Notes: a model not told the origin generated them from the letters alone. A stretch of 64,000 bases of DNA from an uncultured delta proteobacterium (GCA_963803435.1 CAWDML010000001.1:1504001-1568000), one strand, 5' to 3'. Counted from the first letter of the stretch, positions 9,984-19,854 are shown. A program made the numbers and translations.

Positions 9984-11321
9984 ATGCGGGGCCGAGCGCA
10001 CTGTTGGGCGACCCTGCTGCTGGGTCTCCTCGCATGCGACAAACCCAGCGCCTCCCTGTTTCTGTCTCCCGACGGCGCGGCCTCGCTCGTGCTACTGGTC
10101 GGCGACGCCCAGGGTCTCCCGGCGCAGGCCTATGCCTACTCGCCGGAGAGCGGGCCCATCACGCTGCCCCTCGACCGATCCTTCGATCGGGATGTCTTCG
10201 CGCTCCGCTTCGATCGAACGCTGTCCGACCTGGGGCTCGACCCGGGCCCGCAGAGCCTGGTGGACGACGGAGCACCGATCATGCCGACGGTCTCGCCGCC
10301 GCTCCGCGCCTCCCTGCGCAACGGTGTCTGGAGCGCCTGGTCGCCCGTCGACGCACTTCCGGGGCCCTTCGCGGCGGTCCGGATCCCTCGCCGAGATCTG
10401 TGCGTCGGCTTCACCATCCGATCGATGCTGATCGAGGCGGCCGACGTCGAGCTGGCGCAGATCGCCCTACCGCTCGACCCGTCGACGATCCTCATCGTCA
10501 CGAACCTGGGTAGGCTCTTCGAGCTCACCCGCGATGGGATGACGACGCTCCCGACGACGATCGCCACGCCGTCTCCGCTGCTGGCGGGTGCCCGCGACCC
10601 TGCGACCGGCGAGCTGTGGTTCGCCTTCAAGGACGGGAGGACCGTGCACGGGTCCCTCGACGGCACCTTCGAGGAGGGCCCGGCCATGCGCTCGAGCGGA
10701 TTCATGACGCTCGTGCTGGCGGGCGGAGACGGACCCGACGGCTTCGAGCTCTTCGCTGCCACCAGCTCGAGGACGCTCGAGCGGCTCGAAGGCGATCACT
10801 TCACCACCGTCTACGAAGACCGGGCCGCGGACCCCGAGCGCTCGCGGACCCGCATCGCCTGGGTCGGCCCCGGATCCGCGGTCGCGATCGGATGGGGCAA
10901 CGACCGATTGATCGAGTACACGGACGGCTCCGTGCGCGCGAGCTCGATCGCCCTCGACTTCCGGCTCGGCAATCCGGATGCGCTCTACGACGTGGCCGAC
11001 GTCCCTCCGCTCGGGGGCGCCATCGCCGGGAGCCGCTGCGGGCTGATCTTCGTCCGAAGGGAGGGCGAGTGGCGACGTCTGCCCGAGCCTCCGACAAACG
11101 GCCGCGTCTTCGCGGCCACCTCGATCGATCACGGCATTCTCTTCGGGGGCCAAAACGGCGTGCTCACCCAGTACTTCGAGGGCGTCGGTTACTGTGAGCC
11201 CCTTCCCGCCGCGCCGTTCGCGATCGAGCACCTGCTACCACTCGATGACGGCTTCGCGTTGATCGAGGGAGGTCGAGAAAGCGCCCGCGGCATCGAGATC
11301 GTGATCCTCGACCGCCGCTAG
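9984..11321 (+). CDS. lipoprotein with a probable beta-propeller, function unknown
   Basis: Lipobox LLGLLAC; repeated short beta-strand/turn units; GC3-biased codons. Confidence 0.65.
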   Translation: MRGRAHCWATLLLGLLACDKPSASLFLSPDGAASLVLLVGDAQGLPAQAYAYSPESGPITLPLDRSFDRDVFALRFDRTLSDLGLDPGPQSLVDDGAPIMPTVSPPLRASLRNGVWSAWSPVDALPGPFAAVRIPRRDLCVGFTIRSMLIEAADVELAQIALPLDPSTILIVTNLGRLFELTRDGMTTLPTTIATPSPLLAGARDPATGELWFAFKDGRTVHGSLDGTFEEGPAMRSSGFMTLVLAGGDGPDGFELFAATSSRTLERLEGDHFTTVYEDRAADPERSRTRIAWVGPGSAVAIGWGNDRLIEYTDGSVRASSIALDFRLGNPDALYDVADVPPLGGAIAGSRCGLIFVRREGEWRRLPEPPTNGRVFAATSIDHGILFGGQNGVLTQYFEGVGYCEPLPAAPFAIEHLLPLDDGFALIEGGRESARGIEIVILDRR

Positions 11322-11391
11322 ACGAGGGTTAAAGAAGGCCTACACCGGCGGAGTCGCCGTCCCATCCGGCCAGTGCTACCCTCGTTCCGCG

Positions 11392-12816
11392 GTGGTGGCG
11401 CCGCTCGAGTTCCCCTGCCCCTACGGCAAGTACGAGCTCCTCGAGCGCATCGGCGACGGGGGCATGGCCGAGGTCTTTCGCGCGCGGCTGCCGGGCGTCG
11501 GCGGCTTCGAGAAGATCGTCGTCATCAAGCGGATCCTCCCGCACCTCTCCCGGAAGAAGAAGTTCGTGGAGATGTTCGTGCGGGAGGCGTCGCTGGCCGC
11601 CGCCCTCAACCACAAGAACGTGGTGCACGTCTTCGAGCTCGGCCAGCTCGACGATGGCGAGCTCTACATCGCGATGGAGTACGTGCGCGGCACCGATCTT
11701 CGCCGGATCTTGACCACCTCCACCAAGCGCTCGCTCCGGATCCCGCCCTGGTTCTCCGTGTTCATCATGGCCGAGGTGCTGGAGGGCCTCGCCTACGCGC
11801 ACCATCTCCCCGACGAAGAGATCGGCGAGCGAACGATCCTTCATCGGGACGTGACCCCGTCGAACATCTTCATCTCGTGGCTCGGCGAGGTGAAGCTCGG
11901 CGACTTCGGTCTGGCGCGCGACGACTCGATGCGCTCGCTGACGCGCCCCGGACAGCGCAAGGGCAAGCTCTCGTACATGCCGCCGGAGCAGATCCACGCC
12001 GAGGTGCTCGACGAGCGTGCCGACGTCTTTGCGGCCGGCGTGGTGCTCTGGGAGTGCCTGACGCAGCGCCGACTGTTCGGCGGGCGGACCGAGATGGAGG
12101 TCGCCCACATGATCAGCGATCCGAATCGCCCGCCGCCCTCGCGCTATCTGAGAGACGTCCCGGACGAGCTCGATCGCATCGTCCTGTGGGCGCTGGCTCC
12201 CGAGCGCGCGAACCGGGTACCGAACGCGCGAACGTTCCAGTCGCACCTGCTCGATCTGCTCCCGAAGCTCCACTCGGGCTTCCGGCCCGACGACATCCGG
12301 CAGATGGTGGAGCGTTTGACCGGTGACCGCCCGCCGCTGCCGTCGCTCACGGCCAATGAGCACAGCGCCATCGTGAACCCCGGTGTCCGCTTCGAGGAGA
12401 TCACGTCGCCCGGCTCGGGCCCGCTCCCTTCCACGCGCAGCCGAAGCGGGAGCAAGGGCGACGCCGGCATCGCCGTCCGACAGACGCCGAAGACCGGACC
12501 GAACCCGACGCTCGGACGGGCGCCGATGCCGCTGCCCAACACCGGCGACGATTTCTGGGTCAGGAACCCGAGCTCCGATCTCCCTGCCCCACCCCACGCA
12601 CCACCACCGGCCCGCCGTCCCATCAGCTCGGCGTTCGTCCCGCCGCTCCACCACGGGCTCTACGGAGACACGCCGCGGGCGACGAGCTCGAGCGCGGGGC
12701 CTTGGCAGAACCTCAGCGTCGATCTCGTGCTCGACGGAGAGCGGACGCCTTCGCCCTCCAGCGACGATCTCGAGGAGATCGAGATCCTCGAGCCGATCGA
12801 GGTCGACGCTGACTGA
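11392..12816 (+). CDS. eukaryotic-like Ser/Thr protein kinase with Pro-rich tail
   Basis: GDGGMAEVF, VVIKRIL, HRDVTPSN, DFGLA and YMPPEQ motifs. Confidence 0.93.
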   Translation: MVAPLEFPCPYGKYELLERIGDGGMAEVFRARLPGVGGFEKIVVIKRILPHLSRKKKFVEMFVREASLAAALNHKNVVHVFELGQLDDGELYIAMEYVRGTDLRRILTTSTKRSLRIPPWFSVFIMAEVLEGLAYAHHLPDEEIGERTILHRDVTPSNIFISWLGEVKLGDFGLARDDSMRSLTRPGQRKGKLSYMPPEQIHAEVLDERADVFAAGVVLWECLTQRRLFGGRTEMEVAHMISDPNRPPPSRYLRDVPDELDRIVLWALAPERANRVPNARTFQSHLLDLLPKLHSGFRPDDIRQMVERLTGDRPPLPSLTANEHSAIVNPGVRFEEITSPGSGPLPSTRSRSGSKGDAGIAVRQTPKTGPNPTLGRAPMPLPNTGDDFWVRNPSSDLPAPPHAPPPARRPISSAFVPPLHHGLYGDTPRATSSSAGPWQNLSVDLVLDGERTPSPSSDDLEEIEILEPIEVDAD

Positions 12817-12918
12817 TCCCCCGCGGCCCGGACTGTCTCTGCCAAGTCACGCACGAGAAGCAAGCCGGCAACTCGGTGACCCCACGCTCGATAATCCCGG
12901 CGAGGACACACGGTCTAC

Positions 12919-13098
12919 ATGCTCTCGCTGAAGGACGAGGGCCACGACGTGGAGCCGGAGAGCCCGTCGCGCTGGGACGCCTGCAACGGCTGGGAAGGCA
13001 TCGACGTCCCGCCCGGTCACTTCCTCGCGTTCGTCGCCATCCCTGATTCGCCGGCCTCTGGCGCACCCACCTCTGGGACTCGGCTCGAGCGCTCCTGA
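12919..13098 (+). CDS. possible 59-aa small ORF or gene remnant
   Basis: Manual translation MLSLKDEGHDVEPESPSRWDACNGWEGIDVPPGHFLAFVAIP...; first two-thirds is GC3-rich; below the ORF track cut-off. Confidence 0.3.
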   Translation: MLSLKDEGHDVEPESPSRWDACNGWEGIDVPPGHFLAFVAIPDSPASGAPTSGTRLERS

Positions 13099-13104
13099 CC
13101 AAGC

Positions 13105-13731
13105 TCATCGCGCGCTGCGATCGTCGTCTGGGATGACCTTGATCCTCTTCTCGGAACCTTCGCCCTCGCTGATCGAGGTCACTCCCGCGACGTCCTTCAG
13201 ATAGTTGTGCACGACCCACCGCTCCTTGGAGTTCATCGGCTCCATGATCTCGGGCTTGCCGCTGCTCCTGACCCGATCGGCGGCGTCGCGCGCCATCGCC
13301 TCGAAGCGCTCGTGATCCACGCCCTCCGGCTTGTCGCCCCGGGGTCGATCGCGGCGCGGGCCGTCGGACCGACTGCGATCCGAACGCGGGCGATCGCGAT
13401 CGCCGCGCCGCGAGCGATCGCCGCCCCGCCGATCACCTCCGCCTTCTCGACGGCGGCCGCGCCCGTCGCGATCGTCGCGGCGCTCGCGGCCCCGGGGCCG
13501 ATCACCCTCGGGAGGCAACGCGTCCGCCATACCGGCGACCGACGCGACGAAGCACCGCCGGCCTCCGGTGCCCACGATGTCGGCGGACATCGGGACCTCG
13601 TAGACGTCGAGCTTGCCGGCTTCGACCTCGAAGTGTGCAGCTGCGCTCGAAACCGCTTGCTCGCGGGTCTCGGCGAAGAACTCTTTCTTGTACACGCCCC
13701 GTGTTAAACCGAGGCGACCCGCGTCGGCCAT
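13105..13731 (-). CDS. Jag/KhpB-like RNA-binding protein: Jag_N-like domain, RG/RD-rich linker, R3H domain; no KH domain
   Basis: N-terminal EFFAETREQAVSSAAAHF; C-terminal MEPMNSKERWVVHNYL...SISEGEGSEKRIKV (R3H RxxxH). Confidence 0.75.
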   Translation of the reverse strand: MADAGRLGLTRGVYKKEFFAETREQAVSSAAAHFEVEAGKLDVYEVPMSADIVGTGGRRCFVASVAGMADALPPEGDRPRGRERRDDRDGRGRRREGGGDRRGGDRSRRGDRDRPRSDRSRSDGPRRDRPRGDKPEGVDHERFEAMARDAADRVRSSGKPEIMEPMNSKERWVVHNYLKDVAGVTSISEGEGSEKRIKVIPDDDRSAR

Positions 13732-13776
13732 GTAAGAAATGGAGGACGGGTATCCTACATCCGCCGATAAGGAGGC

Positions 13777-14238
13777 GTGGAGCAGATCGTGATGGCCAGC
13801 GAGGTCGAGGCGAGCGCTTCGACCCTCGAGGCCGTGCTCGGCGGCGAGGATAAGGGCGTGTTTTCGAGGGAAGAAGTCCTCGACGCGCTGGCCTTTCTCA
13901 CCCTCCGAACGACCCTCTCCACCGGGGAGCTACCGACGGATCCGCGCCTGGTGGAGTGCCTGGAGCGGTGGCGGTCGCGCGTGCTCTGCGCCACACAAGA
14001 CGAACCCGAGCTCGCCTTCCCCGCTCGGGTCGAACGGTACCTCGAGATTCGGCCCCTGAACCCGCAGCTCCTCCCGCTGCTCGAAGCCTGCTTCGATTGG
14101 ACAGAGGCGAATCGCGAGCACCACGTCCGCAGCCGCGCGGAGAAGCTCCTCGGAACCACAACCGTCACTCGCTCCGAGCCCGCCCCCAAGACCGGAAGCA
14201 GCTGGCTCGAGATTCGCGCTTCCCAGAGGACACCATGA
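13777..14238 (+). CDS. hypothetical protein
   Basis: SD-like AAGGAGG upstream; stop overlaps the next start (ATGA). Confidence 0.6.
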   Translation: MEQIVMASEVEASASTLEAVLGGEDKGVFSREEVLDALAFLTLRTTLSTGELPTDPRLVECLERWRSRVLCATQDEPELAFPARVERYLEIRPLNPQLLPLLEACFDWTEANREHHVRSRAEKLLGTTTVTRSEPAPKTGSSWLEIRASQRTP

Positions 14239-15773
14239 TACGCGTCGCCTTCGAACCCATCAGCCAGGTCGCCATCACCGCCGGTGAGCGCTCCGGTCTC
14301 GACTACACCCTCGAATGGTTGCGAGGTGAGCTCAATGGAGACACCGCGGCGCGCGACCTCGTCCAGTCGATGAATCAGGCCGGCTTCTCGGTGCAGATCG
14401 GCCGCGGGGCCAGCGGCCGCCAGCTCGGCGCCGAGGCCACCAAGCGAGAGGTCGGACAGCTGCTCGACGTCCTCGGCAAGTTCGTCCCGAACGCCCGCGC
14501 GGACCGGAGCGGCTTCGAGAGCGCGTTCTCGATCATGAAGAAGTTCGCGCCCGACAAGCTCCCGGCCGATCTCATGACGCCGGCGACCTCGGTCCGCGCG
14601 CCCAGCTTCATGCGCGGCCCCATCGGTCCCTCGGCGCGCTACGATCTCGGCGTCTCGGTCGACGAGCGCGGCGCGGTGAAGGGCTTGGTCTTCAACGCCA
14701 AGATCCCGAGCCGCATGATGGCCCGCGGGATGACCCGCGGCGTGAGCATGGAGCGGAACCTCAAGGGCGGCCTCAACGTCGACCTCGGCCCGGACATTCG
14801 ATCGGTCAGGTTCCAGAAGCCGATGACGATCCGCGCGATCGTTCAGAAGAAAATCGACGAAGGACGGCTCGACGCCAGCCACGCCAAGGATTGGATTGCC
14901 GCCCTCGAAAAGGCGGGCTTCGACCTCGACGCGAAGCGCTCCGTGCTGGTGGCCCGTCTCGAGGACGGCACCAGCCAGCTGATCTTCTTCCGCAGCTCGG
15001 GCGAGCAGAACCCGAACCCGATGAGCCGCGAGGAGAAGGCGTTCGCCCGGCAGCTCGGCTACGATCCGGACAACGCGCCGGAGAGCGTGCCGCGCGACTT
15101 CGGCATCGCCTGCGTCGACACCTGCGTGGAGATGGGCGACCTCCTGGGTCAGCGCCCCTTCCTGGCGCGCAAGCCAGTGATCAACGTCTACCACCCGGTC
15201 CCCGGCACGGCCGTCGAGGTCGAGGTCGAGCTGGCGAACAGCGGCTACTTCTCGAGCCTCTATCCGAAGCCGGCCGACCGCGTCGGCGATCAGAGGGTCG
15301 TCTGGCGGATGAAGTCGGGCGGCCTGGGCGGCGAGCTCTTCGATCCTGCGAACGAGCGCCGCTACCCCTACCTCTACTGGGAGGCGATGCAGACCACCGC
15401 GTTCTCGATCGATCACCGCCAGGCCTACTGCGTGCGGGGTGAGGATGCGGCCGAGTTCCTGGAGAAGGCCTGTCAGTCCTTCGCGTTCAACGCCAAGGAG
15501 ACGACCGACTTCATCACCTACTGGATCGCGGCGCTCGAGCAGAACGAGTACAACGTGATCCAGTTCCTCGGCGCCGAGTACGAGGCGTTCGCCAGCCTCT
15601 CGGTCACGCCCGCGCCCGATCAGGTGACGCGCGTGTTCATGATCTTCGAGCGCTCCAACGTCCCGGTCGTCACCGGGAACCCGGCGCTGCCCGAGATCAC
15701 GCGCCATGCGGGCTTTGTGGTCACCGAGTGGGGCGGTTGCAACCTCGACGAGACGCGCCGCCTGGTCCGCTGA
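14235..15773 (+). CDS. uncharacterised protein with a C-terminal KPVI...YLYWE...DFITYW...VTEWGG domain
   Basis: Start MIRVAFEP coupled to the upstream stop; motif series RKPVINVY, YPYLYWEA, TDFITYW, TPAPDQVTRVFM, GFVVTEWGG. Confidence 0.8.
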   Translation: MIRVAFEPISQVAITAGERSGLDYTLEWLRGELNGDTAARDLVQSMNQAGFSVQIGRGASGRQLGAEATKREVGQLLDVLGKFVPNARADRSGFESAFSIMKKFAPDKLPADLMTPATSVRAPSFMRGPIGPSARYDLGVSVDERGAVKGLVFNAKIPSRMMARGMTRGVSMERNLKGGLNVDLGPDIRSVRFQKPMTIRAIVQKKIDEGRLDASHAKDWIAALEKAGFDLDAKRSVLVARLEDGTSQLIFFRSSGEQNPNPMSREEKAFARQLGYDPDNAPESVPRDFGIACVDTCVEMGDLLGQRPFLARKPVINVYHPVPGTAVEVEVELANSGYFSSLYPKPADRVGDQRVVWRMKSGGLGGELFDPANERRYPYLYWEAMQTTAFSIDHRQAYCVRGEDAAEFLEKACQSFAFNAKETTDFITYWIAALEQNEYNVIQFLGAEYEAFASLSVTPAPDQVTRVFMIFERSNVPVVTGNPALPEITRHAGFVVTEWGGCNLDETRRLVR

Positions 15774-15775
15774 GC

Positions 15776-17137
15776 TCAACCCGGCGCGCGTGGCACCGCG
15801 GGGCTCAGCTCGAGCCCCGCGTCCCGTCCCACCGCTGCGAGATCGCTGAGCAGCTCGGTCTCGTCCAGGTAGCGCTCTTCGGGATCGCGCCGGTGGAGAC
15901 GGGACACGATCCGTTCGAGGCCCGCGGGGGCCTTGATCCCCAGGCTTCGAAAGCTCAGACCGTCCTCGGACGGGAGCTGCGCCGACACATCCAGGCGCTG
16001 GGACGGGAACATCCGCCTCCCGGCGAGCACCTCGAGCAACACCGTCCCCAGCGAGAACTGATCCGCGCGGTGATCGATCGGCAGGCTGGAGAGCATCTCG
16101 GGTGACAGGTAGCCGGGCGTCCCCAGGATCATGCCGGTGCGCGTCACGCCCGACTCCTTGAGCTTGGCGATGCCGAAGTCGACGAGCTTCACCTGATCGT
16201 CCGAGTCGATGAGGATGTTGGCCGGCTTGACGTCGCGGTGAACGACGCCCTCGCGATGCGCATACTCGAGGCCGTCCGCGATCTGGTAGGCGATGGACAC
16301 GACGAACGGCCAGTCGAACTTTCCCACGGTCTGGCCGAGGTCGTAGAGCGACTGTCCGTCGACGAGCTCCATCGCCAGATACATCAACCGGTTGGCTCGG
16401 TCCTCGCCGAAGTCGTGAACCGTCACGATGCGAGGATGTCTCAGGCGCCCGGCGGCCCGCGCCTCGAGGACGAATCGGTCGAGGCGATCGCTCTCCTGTG
16501 CCGGGCTGACATCGCCGATCGCGAGGACCTTCAGCGCGACGCTTCGTTCGAGCAAGGGATCGAAGCAGCGATAGACCGTACCCATGCCGCCACTCCCCAG
16601 GACCGCCTCGACCTGGTAGCGCCCGATCTTGGGTGCGGCCGCGCCGGCCGCCGGCCCGCGGATCAACATCGTCGGGGGAGCCGGGCGAAGCGGGGGCTGA
16701 GCCGGTCGATTCCTCTTGGCCCGGATCGCGGCCCGTACCTCCGCCTTCAGGGCTTCGGGAGGGAAAGGCTTCTCCAGGTAGTTGACGGCGCCCAGCCTCA
16801 TCGCGGCGACCGCCTTCGGGATCGAACGCGACCCGGAGAGGATGAGGACGTCCGCGCTCAAGGATTGGTCTCGGATCGCCTCGAGCAGATCGAGACCGTC
16901 GACCTTCGGCATGTTCAGGTCGCTCACCACCAGATCGAACTGGGCGATCTTCAGCTGCTTGAGGGCCTCCAGCCCGTCCTTGGCCAGAACGACACGGTAT
17001 CCCGAGTCCGAGAGGCACTCCGCCAGGAGGTACGCATGATCCGGGTCGTCCTCGACCAGGAGCACGGATCCGAGCAGCGGCTCGCCCTCGAAGAACCCTT
17101 CCACGACTTCACCCGCACCCGACAACTTTTGCTCCAT
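15776..17137 (-). CDS. receiver domain fused to a Ser/Thr protein kinase
   Basis: REC (VEDD, SDLNMPKVDG, KPF) followed by kinase motifs GSGGMG, HRDVKPAN, DFGIA, GTPGYLSPE. Confidence 0.9.
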   Translation of the reverse strand: MEQKLSGAGEVVEGFFEGEPLLGSVLLVEDDPDHAYLLAECLSDSGYRVVLAKDGLEALKQLKIAQFDLVVSDLNMPKVDGLDLLEAIRDQSLSADVLILSGSRSIPKAVAAMRLGAVNYLEKPFPPEALKAEVRAAIRAKRNRPAQPPLRPAPPTMLIRGPAAGAAAPKIGRYQVEAVLGSGGMGTVYRCFDPLLERSVALKVLAIGDVSPAQESDRLDRFVLEARAAGRLRHPRIVTVHDFGEDRANRLMYLAMELVDGQSLYDLGQTVGKFDWPFVVSIAYQIADGLEYAHREGVVHRDVKPANILIDSDDQVKLVDFGIAKLKESGVTRTGMILGTPGYLSPEMLSSLPIDHRADQFSLGTVLLEVLAGRRMFPSQRLDVSAQLPSEDGLSFRSLGIKAPAGLERIVSRLHRRDPEERYLDETELLSDLAAVGRDAGLELSPAVPRAPG

Positions 17138-17293
17138 CCCGCTCCTGCTCGGCACGAGCATGAAGCATGCCCGCCCCCGTCGACGCACCCAGTGCCGAGC
17201 CGAGCCAGGAGCGCCGTGCGGCTCCGTGACAGCGTGCCGCGCAGCGAGGCGGTCCTCCCGTCGCAGTCGTCCCGGCATGCCCTGCACGAGAAG

Positions 17294-17309
17294 CGGTACG
17301 GATGCTGCA
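17294..17309 (+). promoter_or_regulatory. candidate sigma-54 (-24/-12) promoter of the BON gene
   Basis: CGGTACG-GATG-CTGCA keeps the GG-N10-GC spacing; strong SD AAGGAGG at 17324-17330. Confidence 0.4.
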
Positions 17310-17334
17310 ACCAGCGCACGGCCAAGGAGGCAAT

Positions 17335-18354
17335 ATGCCAAAGGTCAACATGAACCTCGTCTTCGCAACCGCGTTCGGTCTCATTGGACTGTGCTCGCGG
17401 CCAGCGCAGGCGGCTACGGCTCCCGACGCGTGGATCACGACGAAGATCAAGATCGACATGATCCGCACCAGCCACATCGACTCGAACGATGTGCACGTCG
17501 ATACGATTGACGGAAAGGTCACGCTGCACGGAACGGTGGACACGCCCGCCGAGAGGAAAAAGGCGGAAGCGGTCGCCAAGGGCATCAAGGGCGTGACCAG
17601 CGTTCGCAACCTGCTCCAGGTGGTCCCGAAGAAACAGCAAGAGGCGGTCGAGCAGTCGGACGACACGATCAAGAAGAAGGTCGACGCGCTGCTCCGCGCG
17701 GACCCGTCGCTGTCCGACAGCTCGATCGAGGTGAAGTCGGTCAACAAGGGCACCGTGCTCCTGGCGGGCAAGGCCCAGAACATGTTCGACTACCTGCGCG
17801 CGCTGGAGTCGACCGAGAGCATCCCGGGAGTGCGGGGCGTCGCCAGCGAGATCACCTCGACCGACACTCTTCCCGACGTCGACAAGACGAAGTCGAAGAG
17901 CGCCGCGAAGGACGCCTGGATCACCACCGAGACCAAGATGCGCCTCCTGGCCGATCCGGACGCGCCCGCGCTCGACATCAACGTCGACACGCACGACGGC
18001 GTGGTCACGCTCTTCGGGATGGTCCCGACCGAGGCGGCCAAGGCGTCAGCGGTCGACGACGCCAAGAAGGTCGACGCCGCCGTGAGCGTGAACGACGCGC
18101 TCCAGGTGGTGCCGAAGGCCGAGCAGAAGCGCATTCAGGTCACCGATAGCCGCCTGCAGAAGAACATCGAGAGCGCGTTCAAGAAGCACAGCGAGTTCCG
18201 GGACCTGAGCGTGCAGGTGGAGAACGGCGTCGCTCACCTCACGGGCAACGTGTCGTCGGGCTGGCAGCGGGTTCAGGCGGCGACGATCGCGCGCGGGACA
18301 AAGGGAGTGGCGAGCGTCCAGGACGACATCCACATCGAGCAGCCGCGCGGCTGA
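17335..18354 (+). CDS. OsmY-like periplasmic protein with four BON domains
   Basis: Signal peptide; DAWIT twice; repeated VxTxDGxVTLxG and GVxSVxN/D BON motifs. Confidence 0.9.
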   Translation: MPKVNMNLVFATAFGLIGLCSRPAQAATAPDAWITTKIKIDMIRTSHIDSNDVHVDTIDGKVTLHGTVDTPAERKKAEAVAKGIKGVTSVRNLLQVVPKKQQEAVEQSDDTIKKKVDALLRADPSLSDSSIEVKSVNKGTVLLAGKAQNMFDYLRALESTESIPGVRGVASEITSTDTLPDVDKTKSKSAAKDAWITTETKMRLLADPDAPALDINVDTHDGVVTLFGMVPTEAAKASAVDDAKKVDAAVSVNDALQVVPKAEQKRIQVTDSRLQKNIESAFKKHSEFRDLSVQVENGVAHLTGNVSSGWQRVQAATIARGTKGVASVQDDIHIEQPRG

Positions 18355-18377
18355 TCGACGCTGGGAGCGAAGGCGCG

Positions 18378-18944
18378 CTACTCCTCAGGCTCTGCTTCGG
18401 CTCGCCTTCGCTCCTGTGCCTTGGTCTCCGACGCGGCCTTCAGCGCCGCCAGGCCCTTCTCGAAGTCTCCGCCCACCATCGAGTCCATGTCGGCGAACAG
18501 CCCGAACGCCTTGCCCATGAGGTCGTTGTTCCCGCTCATCTTCCAGTTGACCTGCGTGGCCTCACCCGCGGGCGCGAAGGTGAACGTGGTCTGGCTCCGG
18601 GATTTCCACGGCTTGAGGAACTCGAGCTCGATGTCGATCGATCGATCGGGCTCGAGCGCGGTCAGCGTCATCTTTCCCTCGCCGACGTCCTTGTTTCCGA
18701 TCCAAGCGTAGCTCGAACCGACCTCACCCGGCGTCCCTTCGAAGGTCTTCTTGAGGTTCGGATCCAGCTTCTCCCAAGGCGACCAGGCCTCCCACTGGTG
18801 GAAGTCGCCGACCATCGCATAGGGGACGTCGGCGGGAGCCTCGATGTCGATCGAGCGCTGGATCTCGAACGTCGCCGGCTGCATGGCCACGACGCCGAGG
18901 AAGAGGAGGACGATCACGAAGAGAGCAATGAGAACCTTCTTCAT
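18378..18944 (-). CDS. SRPBCC / polyketide cyclase-like family protein
   Basis: N-terminal TM helix; RSIDIEAP, WEAWSPW and VGGDFEKGLAALK motifs. Confidence 0.85.
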   Translation of the reverse strand: MKKVLIALFVIVLLFLGVVAMQPATFEIQRSIDIEAPADVPYAMVGDFHQWEAWSPWEKLDPNLKKTFEGTPGEVGSSYAWIGNKDVGEGKMTLTALEPDRSIDIELEFLKPWKSRSQTTFTFAPAGEATQVNWKMSGNNDLMGKAFGLFADMDSMVGGDFEKGLAALKAASETKAQERRRAEAEPEE

Positions 18945-18966
18945 GGCGCGGGACTCTAGCACGTTG

Positions 18967-19854
18967 CTAGCGCGCCTCCTGCGGGAGCTGGCGGGCCCGG
19001 AGGACGATCAGGCTGCCGGCCGCCACCAGGCTCATGCCAAACAGCGCGGCGATGGACCATCGGAAGCCTTCGGCGAACGTCGACGCGATCATCGCCAGCA
19101 CCGGGATCACCACCGCAATGTATCCGGAGCGGGCCGCCCCGATGCGGTGGAGCAGCGTGAGGTAGCAGATGAAGGCGACGACCGAGCCGAGCAGCGCGAG
19201 GTAGGCGAGCGACGCGAGATAGGCGAACGAGACGTCGAGGGCGAACGGGATCCGAGAGAAGATGCAGTACGCGGCCACGCTCAGCGATGCGTAGAACATG
19301 CCCCAGGCGGTGCTGGAGACGACGCCGAGGCCGCTGGCGAACAGGCGCTGCGACCACAGGTTCGCCGCCGAGGTCGAGAACGTCGCCATCACGGCCAGCA
19401 CCAGGCCGACCTGTTCCTCGGGAGCGCCGCGGAAATGAGCGAGCTCGGGCGAGAACACCAGCACGATGCCGGCGAAGCCGATACCCGCCCCCACGGCCAC
19501 CAGAGGGTGCAGCTTCGCGCCCAGGAAGACGCGCGCGCCCAGAATGTTCCAGAACACCACCAGCGCGAAGACGACCGCGATCAATCCGGAGGTCAGACGC
19601 CGCTCGCTGAAGTAGACCAGGACATAGACCACCCCGAACTGGAGGATGCCGAGGACCGCGACCTTCAAGTGCGCGAGCGGCTCGAGCCGGAGCGGGACCC
19701 TGCGGGCCGCGCCCCAGACGAACAGCACCAGCGACGCGAGCCCGAAGCGATAGACGACGGAGACCTCCGGCGGAACGGTTCCGAGCTGGAACTTGATCAC
19801 GAGCCACGTCGTGCCCCAGATGAAGGCCGGGACCAGGAACAGCAGCGACCGCAT
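18967..19854 (-). CDS. EamA/DMT family transporter
   Basis: About 10 TM helices; IWGTTWLVIK and YLALLGSVVAF motifs. Confidence 0.92.
   Translation of the reverse strand: MRSLLFLVPAFIWGTTWLVIKFQLGTVPPEVSVVYRFGLASLVLFVWGAARRVPLRLEPLAHLKVAVLGILQFGVVYVLVYFSERRLTSGLIAVVFALVVFWNILGARVFLGAKLHPLVAVGAGIGFAGIVLVFSPELAHFRGAPEEQVGLVLAVMATFSTSAANLWSQRLFASGLGVVSSTAWGMFYASLSVAAYCIFSRIPFALDVSFAYLASLAYLALLGSVVAFICYLTLLHRIGAARSGYIAVVIPVLAMIASTFAEGFRWSIAALFGMSLVAAGSLIVLRARQLPQEAR

Noticed and set aside
13755-17018. 1087-aa minus-strand ORF, and similar long ORFs at 3756-6443, 22229-25288 and 39282-42074
   Set aside because: They overlap motif-supported genes in other frames, are Arg/Ala/Pro-rich and carry no motifs
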